Assembly: GCA_016748015.1 (NCBI GenBank)
Contig: JAAOMT010000742.1
Span: 103,543-167,542, forward strand
Length of the DNA: 64,000 bases
Reading direction: 5' to 3'
Source: Geosiphon pyriformis uo1
Lineage: Eukaryota > Fungi > Glomeromycota
In this document: positions 1 to 10,595 of the stretch, piece after piece
Position numbering within the stretch: the first letter of the stretch is position 1
Layout: each line of letters starts with the position of its first letter
Made by a program: the position numbers and the translations under genes
The notes under the pieces: model-generated
Databases searched by the model: none
What the model was told of the DNA's origin: nothing
Seen by the model: only the letters and a program-made list of their open reading frames with translations

Positions 1-576
1 ACAACAACAAAAGATAGAAATTACAATTAACCAACAAACTATCCAATATACAAACACCAGAAAAAAACCATAAGACAAAATACAGAGAAAAACAGAAAAC
101 ACTATAGACAAAATAATTGCAAAAGTGAAACTAGCAATGGAAACACAACCAAAAGTAACCCAATATTAAGAGTTGACTATAGAAATTTGGAATTGGTGGA
201 TATAACAATTTCCAAAAAACTTTTGTTATTTTTATTTAGGACAACACTTGAACATTCAGAACTTGTACATGGATAAAACAAAATAATTATTTGACACAAC
301 AATATTGCAGCAACTGGAACAATTTGGGGAAAAAAACAATTTAACCACACAAGCAAAAACCATTTACTGGCTACACACTGGATTTCAAGATCGACCAAAA
401 ATCTTACTCAATCCAAAAATGGACTTCATTACCATTAATCAAATGAGAAAAATAACAAATATGTAATTTGAAGACTTATAAAACAAAATAGAACAAATAA
501 TTCTTGAAAAAAAGTTCAAGAAATACTCAAAGATGAAAATTTAGAATTAAGAGATCTCAATAAAGCTCAATATTAA
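1..576 (+). pseudogene. 3' end of the polyprotein of an older Gypsy copy (element A); homolog of the unknown post-integrase domain of element B
   Basis: Translates as WNWWI*QFPKNFCYFYLGQHLNIQNLYMDKTK*LFDTTILQQLEQF...TTQAKTIYWL...NKAQY*. This aligns with the minus-strand ORF 2063-2404 (EQHVNIQNLYTNKTKRLFDTTILRQLEQF...NEAQY). It has in-frame TAA stops and ends at a polypurine tract. Confidence 0.85.
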
Positions 577-590
577 AAAGAAGGGAATAT
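576..590 (+). promoter_or_regulatory. Polypurine tract of element A
   Basis: AAAAGAAGGGAATAT lies immediately before the LTR start TGTTACTCAT at 591, the same arrangement as the PPT of element B. Confidence 0.8.
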
Positions 591-1168
591 TGTTACTCAT
601 AGAATATAGAAAGTATAGTAGCATATAAATTAGCCAATCAAAAGTAGCTTGAATAAATATAAAATTCCAGAATTCTTCTTAAAGAAATTGTAGGATTCTA
701 GAAATTTCAGGATTTTTATATAAGGAATCACAGGATTTCAGGTGTGAAGAATTGAAAAATTGAGAAATCTCAATTATGTATATATAGCAATAGTATTAAA
801 AGTAAAAAAAACAGACTTCTTAATTTAAATTTAGTCTAAGCAATCTTTCCATTCATCAATAAATAATTATTTACTATCTCAATCCACTCTTCACTATCAA
901 CACTTCATGTTGATAGTAATTAATACTTAACCACACTAAAACAATAGCTCTTGATCACAACTATTGATGAAATACTAACTATTATTGCCTTGGCTTATTT
1001 TCTTATTCCTTATTTCTTCTATTTTTATTTTTTTTCTTTATTGTTATTTACTAATTGATTAAAAGATTAAGCGCTGAGATAAAAACGTTATAAGAACTGG
1101 TAAAAGATCCATAAAACAAGGGTAGAACACTTATAGATTTGAAGATAGCTTACCAAAAAGATTACTGG

Positions 1169-2049
1169 TGTTACAGATGATTTTTTGGGGTATCGAGTGA
1201 ATAACAAACCCATAACTTGGTGCTCAAAGTGATTAGTGCAGATGATAATCTGAAGGTATTTTATCTGAAGGTTTTTTAATCGAGTTATTTGTATAATAGA
1301 CAGAGATTCAATGGTAACAGTTTATTAGTAGTTTTCTGAAACCGTAGTTTCATCGATTGCTTGTTCAGCTTGATGGTTGATGATTTTCTTGGTACAATAT
1401 CCTCCATAAGTGTATACCAGTGCTGTTTCTTGACGTCTGTTCCTCTGTAAGTCCTCCAAGAGTAAGTATTGTTTAAGCAAGTTTATTTCTCCATAAGTTC
1501 TCCAAGAGTAAATCTTTTAATCAAGTTAGTAGACAACAAAAAAAATAAAAAAAAGATAAAAGAGAAAATAAGAAATAAGCCAAGACAATTTGCAAATTAG
1601 TATTCTGTCAATAGCCATGATCAAAAGCTATTGTTCCAGTATGATTAAGTATCAGTTATTATCAACATAAAGTGTTGATAGTGAAGAATGAATTTGATCT
1701 AGTGAATAATTATTTATTTGAGAATTGTGGTAACTAAGCTAAAGATTCTTGGTGTCAATTTTGTCTTTTCTGCTTCTAATGCTACTGCTATATATACATA
1801 TTTGAGATTCCTCAATTTTTTAATTTTTTGCAACAGAAATCCTGGGATTCCTAGAATCCTGCGATTTCTGATAAAAGGAATCCTGGAATTCTGGAATCTT
1901 GCAATTTCTTACTGGAGAATCTTGAAATTCCTGGAATCCTGCAATTCCTCTAAGAGGAATCCTGGAATTCTATATTTACTACGTCTACTTCTGATTGGCT
2001 AATCTCTACTTGCTAATAATAATATACTTCTTTTATTCTATGAGTAACA
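1169..2049 (-). repeat. 3' LTR of element B (881 bp)
   Basis: Direct repeat of 10596-11460 at about 90% identity with one 16-bp indel. On the element sense strand it has a CCAAT-like box (AGCCAATCAG, ~1991-2000), a GGAAT(T)CC repeat array and a TATATATAG box (~1787-1796). Confidence 0.95.
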
Positions 2050-2064
2050 TTATTCCCTCCTTTT
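2050..2064 (-). promoter_or_regulatory. Polypurine tract of element B
   Basis: Minus strand AAAAGGAGGGAATAA abuts the 3' LTR and overlaps the final stop codon of the polyprotein frame. Confidence 0.85.
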
Positions 2065-2870
2065 AATATTGAGCTTCATTGAAATTTAACTCTTTTAATT
2101 CCCCCTCTTGAATTATTTTTTGAACTTTTTTTTCGAGTATTACTTGTGTTATTTGAGTTTGTAGTTCTTCAAATTGGGCGTTGGTCATTTTTCCCAATTG
2201 ATTACTCGTAACTGTATCCATTGTTGTGTTGAGTAAGATTTCTGGTTGGTCTTGAAATCTTATATATAGCCAGTAAATAGCTCGAGCTTGTGTGGTTAGA
2301 TTGTTCTTTCTCACAAATTGTTCCAGTTGTCTTAGTATTGTTGTGTCAAATAACCGTTTTGTTTTGTTAGTGTACAAATTCTGGATATTTACGTGTTGTT
2401 CCAAGTGAAAATGACAATAGTTTTTTGGAAATTATTGTGTCCACCAAGTCCAAGTTTCTCTTGTAAGTTTTTGGTATAATCTGATTATTTGTTGTTTTTT
2501 CATAACCAATTTTACCTTGGTCATAATCTTGTCAACAACATTTTTGAGTTTTCTCTGTACTTTGTATTGTGGTATTTTTGCAGTACTTTTGTATCAAATA
2601 GTTTGTTGATTGATTGTAATTTCCATCTCCTGGTGTTGGATTAATTGAAAGATTTGTTGTGCTAATGAATGGATGTTGTTGGTAATTTCCATTTTTCTGC
2701 ATTTTTTTTCTGTTGTGTCGACCATGCTTTTATATATTCTTTCTGTCAATCAATTAAACATGTTGTTATTAATAATGATAATTGGTTCCAAATTTCATGA
2801 AATCTCATCTGGTTGGACTAGTATTCTCTGTACTTCCAGTTGTGGAATATTACTAGTGGATGATGATACT
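2063..2870 (-). pseudogene. Unknown ~230-270 aa domain downstream of, and in frame with, the integrase
   Basis: Same frame as IN ORFs 3146-3412 and 3566-3841. It reads through to the PPT with only isolated TGA/TAA stops and is conserved in element A (1-576). Confidence 0.75.
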
Positions 2871-3930
2871 ATATGGTGATATGGTTTCAGTCGATCTCTA
2901 TGTGCTGCTTTGGTCAAGATTTTATTATTCAATCTTAATTTGTAAGCTCCATTTTTTAGAATTTCTTCTATGTGAAATGGTTCATCTTATTTGGGATCAA
3001 ATTTTCCACTTCATTGTTTTTCTGTTTTGGTACAATGTAGTAGTACTTTGTCTCCAATCTTGAATTCAACTGGTTTATCTGGTAGTTGGTTATCATGTCT
3101 TTCTTTTTGTTTCTATTGTAACCTTTATATATTATCAGCTGCTCTTCATTGTTTGTTTTCTAATGTTTCTATTAAGTTATATGTTCTTCTCAACAATGTG
3201 TTTTTGAAATTCTCTTCTGTTATTAGTTCGGTTGAGTATGTGCTGACTTCTATTTTCACTGGTAGTGTTGCTGTTCTACCATATACTAATTCAAATGGTG
3301 TTGCTTGTGTAGTATCTTGCTTCATTGTTTGATAAACAAATAGTACTGATAGTATCAACAAATCCCAATCATTCTGGTTTTCTTGGCTGAGCTTAGCTAT
3401 TGCTTCATACAATGTTCTGTTGAATCTTTCAACTAATTCATTGGTTTATGGATGGTATGGTAATGATAATGGTTTCTTAATTCCGAATTTTTGGCTCAAT
3501 TCTGTTAATGTTCTGTTCACAAAATGAGTTCCTTGATCTGATAATAATTCTTTTGGACATCTATATTAACAAATTAAATTCTGATGAATAAATTTGGCAA
3601 CAGATTCTGCATCTGCTCTTTGAATTGCTTTTGCTTCTGGCCATTTGGTAAGATAGTTCATGGCTACTGCAATATATTTGTTGTCTTTGCTAGTTATTGT
3701 TAATGGTTTGACTAAGTCAATTCCAATACAATCGAATGGTTGTCCCACTTTGATTGGTTTTAATGATTTACTGGGTTTTGTTCCTTCTCTTTTTTGACAA
3801 GCATCACAATTTTCAACATATTGAATGATGTCTGGATACATTGATGGCTAATAGTATTTTTTTCTGGTTCTTTTCATGGTTGCTTCTTTGTGAAAGTGTC
3901 CTGCTGTTGGATTTGAGTGCATGTTGAATA
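2871..3930 (-). pseudogene. Integrase (HHCC zinc domain, DDE core, GPF/Y motif; no chromodomain)
   Basis: HSNPTAGH...CDAC; GIDLV; SDQGTHF; LVERFNRTL; TPFELVYGR; FKIGDKVLL; K*DEPF (from W-x-GPF); HRDRLKPY. Multiple nonsense codons. Confidence 0.93.
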
Positions 3931-4199
3931 ATATTGTTTCTTTTTCTGGCTCTGTAATTACTCTGGTTGGTTGATCTAGATCTCTTTTATTTTTTCAATA
4001 AAGTATATTTTGGTGAGTGATAAAATATTTTGATTGTTGTTTGATACTCTTTTGTTCTGTTTGAAATAAATTTTCCTTGAACTGTTAAGTGTTTATATAA
4101 TATTAAAGTTGTTGATATTTTTGTATGTTTATCTTTTGTTATATTTTTTGTTAGTATTGTTCTGGTTTTGTTATATTTTTGGGTTGAATTGTTCTTAAA

Positions 4200-5400
4200 T
4201 TTGTCTTATTTATGACAAACCATCAGCATTTTTGTTGTCTTTTTTTTTCTTATAGTGTATAGTATAAGTATATTGTGAGAGTGGTATTTTCCATCTGGAT
4301 TGGCGGCTGTTATCAAATTTTTGCTTTTGAAGTGATGTTAACCTTTTATGATCTGTGTATATATTAAACTTTTGGCTCAAGTATTTGTTTTACTTCATGA
4401 CTGCCCAATAGATTGCTAAATATTCTAGTTCTGGTGTTCTATAGTTCTTTTCGGCTGGTGTTAGACCTCAGCTGGCATATGCTACTGGATGTTCTCTACC
4501 ATCTGATCCCTTCTGAGATAGTACTGCTCCCAATGCTTGGCCTGATGCATCGGTGGTAATAATGAATGGTTTGTTGGGATCTGAGTAAATCAGTACTAAA
4601 GCTTGAATGAGCTTTCTTTTCAGAATATCAAAAGCTTCTTGTTAACTTTCTGTTCATTCATATTTTGTATTCTTGGTTTACAGATTATTGAGTGGTTGAG
4701 CTATCTTTGAAAAGTTCTTTATAAAGTGTCAATAATAGCTTGCAAATCTTAAGAATAATTTTAATTCAGTCACATTGGTTGGTACTAGAAAGTTCTTTAC
4801 TATCTCTATTTTCTCTGGATCTGTTTTAATGCTGTCTTTGCTGACTATGTGTCCCAAGAATTTTAGTTCTGTCTTGCCGAAGAAGCACTTTGTTGCATTT
4901 AACTTTAGTCCTGCTCTTCTTAGCCTTTCGAACATTTGTTGAAGATAATGAAGATAATCATCAAATGTTTTTGAGAATACATTGGTGTTGTTCAAGTATA
5001 CAACTACTGATTTCCACAATAAGCCAGTATAAACAATTTTTATTAGCCATTGAAAAGTGGCTGAGGTGTTGGTTAAGCCAAAGGGCATTACTTCAAATTC
5101 GAAATTCTCTTCTCTAGTGGTAAATGCTATCTTCTCTTTGTCGGCTGGATCCATGGCTACTTGCCAATAATCACTGTTCAAGTCTAATGTTGAGAACCAT
5201 TTGTTTCCACCGAAAGCGTCAAATAATTCTTGTATTCTTGGGATTGGATAGCTGTCTTCATGAGTTACACCATTAAGTTTTCTGTAGTCCACACAAAATT
5301 GGATTTTTCTATTCTTCTTCTGGACAAGTACCACTGGTGATGACTATGAGCTCATTGATGATTGAATTAGCTCATTGTTAAGCATTCGGTTTATCTCTTG
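4200..5400 (-). pseudogene. Reverse transcriptase and RNase H
   Basis: FCVDYRKLN, YPIPRI, LDLNSDYWQV, MPFGLTN, YLNN (catalytic YLDD mutated), FLGHIVS. RNase H motifs TDASGQALGAVLSQ, PVAYAS and AEKNY...ELE at ~4410-4570. Confidence 0.95.
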
Positions 5401-5613
5401 ACGAATGATCTCATGACTAGCTGGTGGTACTCTGTATGCTTTTTGTTTAATTGGCATTGCATCTCCAGTTTTGATCTAATGCTAGATAATATCAGTTTGG
5501 CCAAACTCATTTTCACTGGCAAAAATGTCATTGAAATTGTTGAGCAACATCTTGAGCTGTATATGTTGGAGTGGATCTAAGTTTCCTATATTCATTTGTT
5601 TCAATTGCTCTGG

Positions 5614-6030
5614 TTAGAGCAAATAACATTTGCTTCGTCCATATATTGTTTGTAATGTAATATTGACATATCCACAAAGCTGTGGAAAGTCCAGAATGGT
5701 ACTTGGTAGTTGATTCTCTATTTCAGTGCTTAAGTATCTAATAGTGGTTCTGGCTGGTATTACTATGACATTTTCTGGGTTATTATAGATGGGAATTTTG
5801 ATGTGGCTGTAATCTTTGGCTGGTATATAGAGATTAATGAGTCCAATTTTTCCTAATTTACAAAGAGTTGGTTTTGCTTCAAAAATCTGATTCTGTTCTT
5901 TTACTTTACACTTTATCTTTAACATGTACTGGCCATATAGTAGAATAAAAATTGTTTGACCCGTTAAGATAATTTCTTCTTGGTCAACAATTTTTTCTTC
6001 TGCCATATTGACTGATACATCTATTCTATC
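5614..6030 (-). pseudogene. Degenerate second dUTPase-like / linker segment between dUTPase and RT
   Basis: IKIPIYNNPENVIVIPARTTIRYL resembles the dUTPase beta-strand pattern (N-x4-V-I-x2-G-x2-I-x2-L) but has no catalytic motifs. Confidence 0.4.
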
Positions 6031-6440
6031 CATTGATCCAAATCTCTATATTTCTCTTGCTGTTATTTTTAATTCCTCCCTATTTCTTACTGATACTAAC
6101 TGAGCTATTTTTACTAGAGGCAGGAATATTGCGTGTGCTATCTTTTCATTTGGCTCTATGATATAAGCCTTTTTAGAGTCATTTTGTAGCATAGCAATGA
6201 TATTTCTCACATATTTTGCATCAATTATTCCTCCTCTTATATTAATTTCTCTTTTCGCTAAATTACTCTTAAATGCTAGTTAAACTATTATTGTTGCTGG
6301 AATTTCCAGTGCTACTTTCATATCTATGCAGGTGTGCAAATGTGATTCCAATTTTATAACATCCTTTCCAAGATATCTCAGATCAAATCCAGCATCAGTA
6401 TCATGTGCACATTCTGGCATGATACCTTTATTATTGTCAC
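6031..6440 (-). pseudogene. Retroelement-encoded dUTPase (trimeric type)
   Basis: All five motifs are recognisable: AHDTDAGFDLRY (1), LAFKSNLAK (2, from RSSLA), GGIIDAKYVRNI (3, from DAGYVG), EKIAHAIF (4), AREI*RFGS (5, from RGxxGFGS). Confidence 0.92.
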
Positions 6441-6689
6441 TATACTATTTTAACTCCTGTTCTTTGGAGAGATCTGGCAGTGTAATGTATTGTTTATATT
6501 TTGGGTCGAAGTTTGAATCTGAGTTAGAATTGTCGTTGTTGTTATTGCCAATTTGAATGGAGCTGAAACTGGTGTTTTTGTTGTTATTGTTGTCAGAGGT
6601 TGAATCAGGATCAAACAGTAATTCCAATTCGGATGCACAGCTGCTGATTGGTTCAATTTTCTCCAGAATTGTGTAGATCATGTGTAGTA

Positions 6690-7330
6690 GTGGATTGTAA
6701 ATGAGATTACACTCATTACAATATTGGAAGTCACAAGAAATCAAACAGTAATCACATAATCGGGTGTTTAGTTGTTCTAAACACTGCTCCTGCTTTTCTC
6801 TTGTAGGTGCCAAATTTTGGTAGTATTTGTGGAAGTCTTCTGGACCTGTTTCTTTGTTTATGAAAGCATCTGAGTTAGAAATACGAATGATGTCGACCAG
6901 TTCTGGAGAATTGTTCTTAATTTCCAGTATTTCACTGGGTGTAGCACCTTCTACTTTGGTGTTGGCCATTCACCAGATCTCCTCTTCATCATAGGGGTAA
7001 CTGTCTAAACGATTGAGTGCTTAGTGCCATGCTGCTGTAATCAGGGTACCACATTTCACTCAGTCATTAATGAGGATTGTGTATTGACATGAAGTGTCAC
7101 ACATTTCTTCTCGACCAAGAATGTTATTCCACATTCCTTTATTGAACAGTTGTTTACCACAAGTAAGACATGGTTTGTTGTCCCACTTGCCTTGTCATTT
7201 TGGGTAGCCATAGTGTTTTCTATGGCAAGGTTTGCAATAATAATGGGTTTGTGTTCAGTGGTCCTTATCTGGTGCAATCCAGGCTCCCATGGAAGAAAGT
7301 TTTTTCTTATAGTCTTTGCACTTGAGCAGT
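6690..7330 (-). pseudogene. Cys-rich multi-CxxC putative zinc-binding region between protease and dUTPase
   Basis: In the polyprotein frame: CKDY, CKPC, CLTC, CDTSC, CDYCLISCDFQYCNEC. Confidence 0.6.
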
Positions 7331-7729
7331 ATGTATGATGGTTGTGGCAATGGCTCATGAATGGAGTATAAATAAGTCCAGCCACTAGTGGTGTCTTTTG
7401 TTAATTCGGTTTCCTCCAGTATGTTGTTTTCTTTTTTCTTTCCTTTCCTTTTTTCTTTCCTTTCCTTTTTTCTTTCCAACTTAGTGCAGATGGCAACTCA
7501 TTTTGGTTGTCATTAATTAAAGCACCAATAGTAGTTTTCCAGGTATGTTTTTCTTTTTGCTTTTCCTTTCCATGATTGTCTTCATTCCAGACGAGTATGG
7601 GCAGTAGTTCATTGTGGTCGACGTTAGTCCACAAAACCTAATACACTTCCCATATTGGTTTTTTTGCTTCCTCCTCAAATTCAATCAGTGGCTGTGAGTT
7701 GATTGGTTTAAAGTGGCTACATACTGCTA

Positions 7730-8100
7730 GTGCTCGAGTATGTTGACCGTTTTGGCTCAGTTGGAGCTCTTGCATTGTCCAATCGAGTACGGCATTTGTT
7801 TTGAATAGCCAATTATTTCCAACAAGAGCTTAGTATTGAGTGGCTTCTATTACAAGAACTTTGATAAGTACCGTGATGTCATTAATTTTGATAGGTAGGT
7901 TGTCTATTTTGTCTATTGAAGTTTTGGTTGCTTCATCAGCTGTAATAATTCTTGCACTGACAGCTCAGTCAACTCAGCAACCTAATTGATCCATGAGTTG
8001 CTTTGTTATGATGCTGCCAGCTGATCCACTATCTAAGATCAGTTTGATAGCGTGGCCATTAATTTTGGCATCCGTATACATGGTAGTGATTGGCTTCTCT
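7730..8100 (-). pseudogene. Retroviral-type aspartic protease
   Basis: YTDAKINGHAIKLILDSGSAGSII, followed by RIITADEATKT and ALVGNNWL. Confidence 0.92.
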
Positions 8101-8469
8101 TCAAGAGCTGCTCTACTGAACAATGGGATTTTGATCATTTCTTCCAAGTCGAAGGGAAAGATGGTCGCGAGCAATTCATTGTTGGTGACAGTTGTTGGTG
8201 GAATGTTGTTGGTAAGTGCTTGTTGTTGGTTGGATCCCAAATTGTTGGTGGTGGTATCTTCTGAGGTAACCAGAAAACTTAAATAGTTCTGAAAATTTGG
8301 GTTTTGGGTAACACCGGTACCTGAATTCTGAAAACACAATCCTAATGGTGTGTTGAAAGAACTGGAGATCAGTTGATAGACAACCATCTCCGATCTCCAG
8401 TTTTGTTGTGTTATTCTCGATCTTTGAGTTCTATGTTGAGATAAGTTTTGGAGCAGTGTTTGAATGGTT

Positions 8470-8600
8470 TGAGGTTGATAGATTACTTGTGGCTGTGGTT
8501 GATATATTACGGATGGCTGTGGTTGATATATTGCTGATGGCTGTGGTTGATATATTGCTGGTGGCTGTGGTTGATAAACTGGGGTCTGATATACTGATGC
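8470..8600 (-). repeat. 24-bp tandem repeat (~4-5 copies) in gag encoding YQPQP(P/S)xI
   Basis: TATCAACCACAGCCA(C/T)CAGCAATA repeated on the minus strand, in the gag frame. Confidence 0.8.
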
Positions 8601-10532
8601 TTAATAAATTGGCTGCTGCATCATTAGTAGGTAAGTTTTTTGGTATTGATCTTGATTTTGATATTGATTCTGGATTTGGAATTGGAGATCGGGATTTTGA
8701 TGTTGATTTTCCGATCGTTGGTTATAAGCGTTGTAGTTGGCTCTTATGTGACTTTGTTTACCACAGTTGTGGCAGACACGCATTTTCTGCTACCACAGTT
8801 GATTAATTGATGATGATAGACATGCTTGATTTTGGAAATGATTAGCGTTTCCCTAATTACTGCATCTTTGGGGAGGTTGATAAATGGACTGATGGTTGTT
8901 AGCTAAGTATTCCTTGATTTTTTGATTGATGGTATTACTGATTTGCTTCAATTTGAAATCCAAATCAGATGATCTATTCATTACTAAATTTACAGCTTGA
9001 GTGTGGTTGGCTTTTAGCTCAGCTGATTTGAAATCTCTGGTATGTGTGACTGCAGCTTGAAGGTTGGCTGGATGTAATGGATGTATGTGTTGCAAAATGC
9101 TACTGCATAGGCCACAAATAAACTAGTTGAAAATCTGGGGTTCTGTAAAATACATGGTGTTGATGGCTTGGATTTGGCATAGGACTCTATGAAAGCATCC
9201 TAAGTATGTTGTAACTGCTTCAGTATTATTCTGTTTGATTGTGGTAAAAGTATTGGCTAGACAATTAATACTATTATTGTTGCTAAAATATTCCAGAAAG
9301 GCAGTTTTGAATTGTTGGAATGTTTGTGGTCTGGTGGCTAAACTCTGGTACCAAGAATTGGCGGTTTCTTTGAGAAAGTATGGTATTGTCTGTAGGGCTT
9401 TAGTGTTGTCCCAATTGTTTGCTATGATGGCCTTGGAGATGTTATTGATTCATGCTTGAGCATCATCTTCTTTGCCAGTAAAGTTTTCTAACTTTGCAAT
9501 GGGTGCGTAGGCCATTTGGTTTACATTTAGTTGTTGTTGTGGCAGCTGTAATAGTTGTTGTTACAGTAGTGGTTGCTGAGGTAGTCCTTGTGGCTGTTGG
9601 ATTTGTGGATTTGGTTGTTGAGGTGGCTGCTGAATGGGTTTGACTATCAGATCAATTGGTGGGTGATCAATTACAATATTTGAAGGTACATTTGGCTGAT
9701 TAATTAAATCGGGATTCTAATTGTTTTGATTTTGCTGAGTTCTAATATTCGGAGTTTCAATTTCTGAATTTTTTATGTTTGGATTTCATGGAGTTTGAAC
9801 ATTTGGGATTCCGAATTTCAAGTTTTCTGAGATTGGGTTTTGGTAAGTGAATCTTTGATCTTTACTTCTTTTTTCTTCTTCCTCTAATAATTTCCATAGA
9901 GTAGCAACTCCAAAATCTGGTTGGGGTAGTGGTGATTGAATTTCTGATGGCATTGGGGATTGTAATTTAAATCCTTCAAAATACATGCCATATAGTCCTA
10001 GTAAGTCTTCTTTCTGTTGTTTGCTTTGGAACTGAAATCTTCCAAATGTTGATGTCATGTTTAATGTGAACATGTCTGCTAATGAAATATTGATGGTGCT
10101 TCCAAGTGTGTAGTGATATAATGAAGCAGTTGGTGATTCTACTCTGTGTTTCTTCTAACTAAGTAACTGTATTCTTTTTGGTGTTGTTGCTAGTGTTTGT
10201 ATTCTTCCTTTACCTTTGTCTGCGTAGGTAATAGGAAATTGTTGTTGCATGTATTTTTCAATGGTTTGATTGATTTCCTTGATGATTGGGGCGAAACTGT
10301 GATTTCTTGGTAAGCTGATGTGTTGAAATAATTCTGTATAGAAATTTTCTCTTGCTGACTCAATATTAATGGTTCTTCCTAAACAGTCTGTGATTTTATC
10401 ATTGATGTAATAGTTGAAGACTGATTCAGCTGAGTAGTGATTACTGTTTAATCCTAATTGTTGGCTGTATTGTTAAAACAAGAATTTTTCAAATCCTAAG
10501 TGGTTGGCTCCTATAATTTTTGATTCTGCCAT
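8600..10532 (-). pseudogene. Gag: long N-terminal extension, capsid domain and CCHC zinc knuckle
   Basis: ATG at 10532, ~45 nt after the PBS. Capsid from 9515: MAYAPIAKLENFTGKEDD...FLKETANSWY...FKTAFLEYF...IKQNNTEAVTTY...FICGL. Knuckle CHNCGKQSHIRANY at ~8735-8780. All are in one frame with the protease. Confidence 0.9.
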
Positions 10533-10577
10533 GTTTGGATGGTGTGTTGTTGGTGCTGGTTCTCTGTAGGATTATAT

Positions 10578-10593
10578 CTCACAGGGAGCACCA
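10578..10593 (-). promoter_or_regulatory. Primer-binding site of element B
   Basis: TGGTGCTCCCTGTGAG lies 2 nt after the 5' LTR and is complementary to a tRNA 3' end ...CUCACAGGGAGCACCA. Confidence 0.85.
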
Positions 10594-10595
10594 AA

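Noticed and set aside
1718-2002. ORFs within the LTRs (also 11141-11323 and 11154-11336)
   Set aside because: They arise from the stop-poor GGAATCCT repeat array, use non-ATG starts, and their lengths differ between the two LTRs.
2063-2870. env gene or chromodomain
   Set aside because: No signal peptide, TM helix or furin/fusion pattern, and no chromodomain aromatic-cage motif.
8470-8600. CRISPR-like repeat array
   Set aside because: Head-to-tail 24-bp coding repeats without spacers, in a eukaryotic retroelement.
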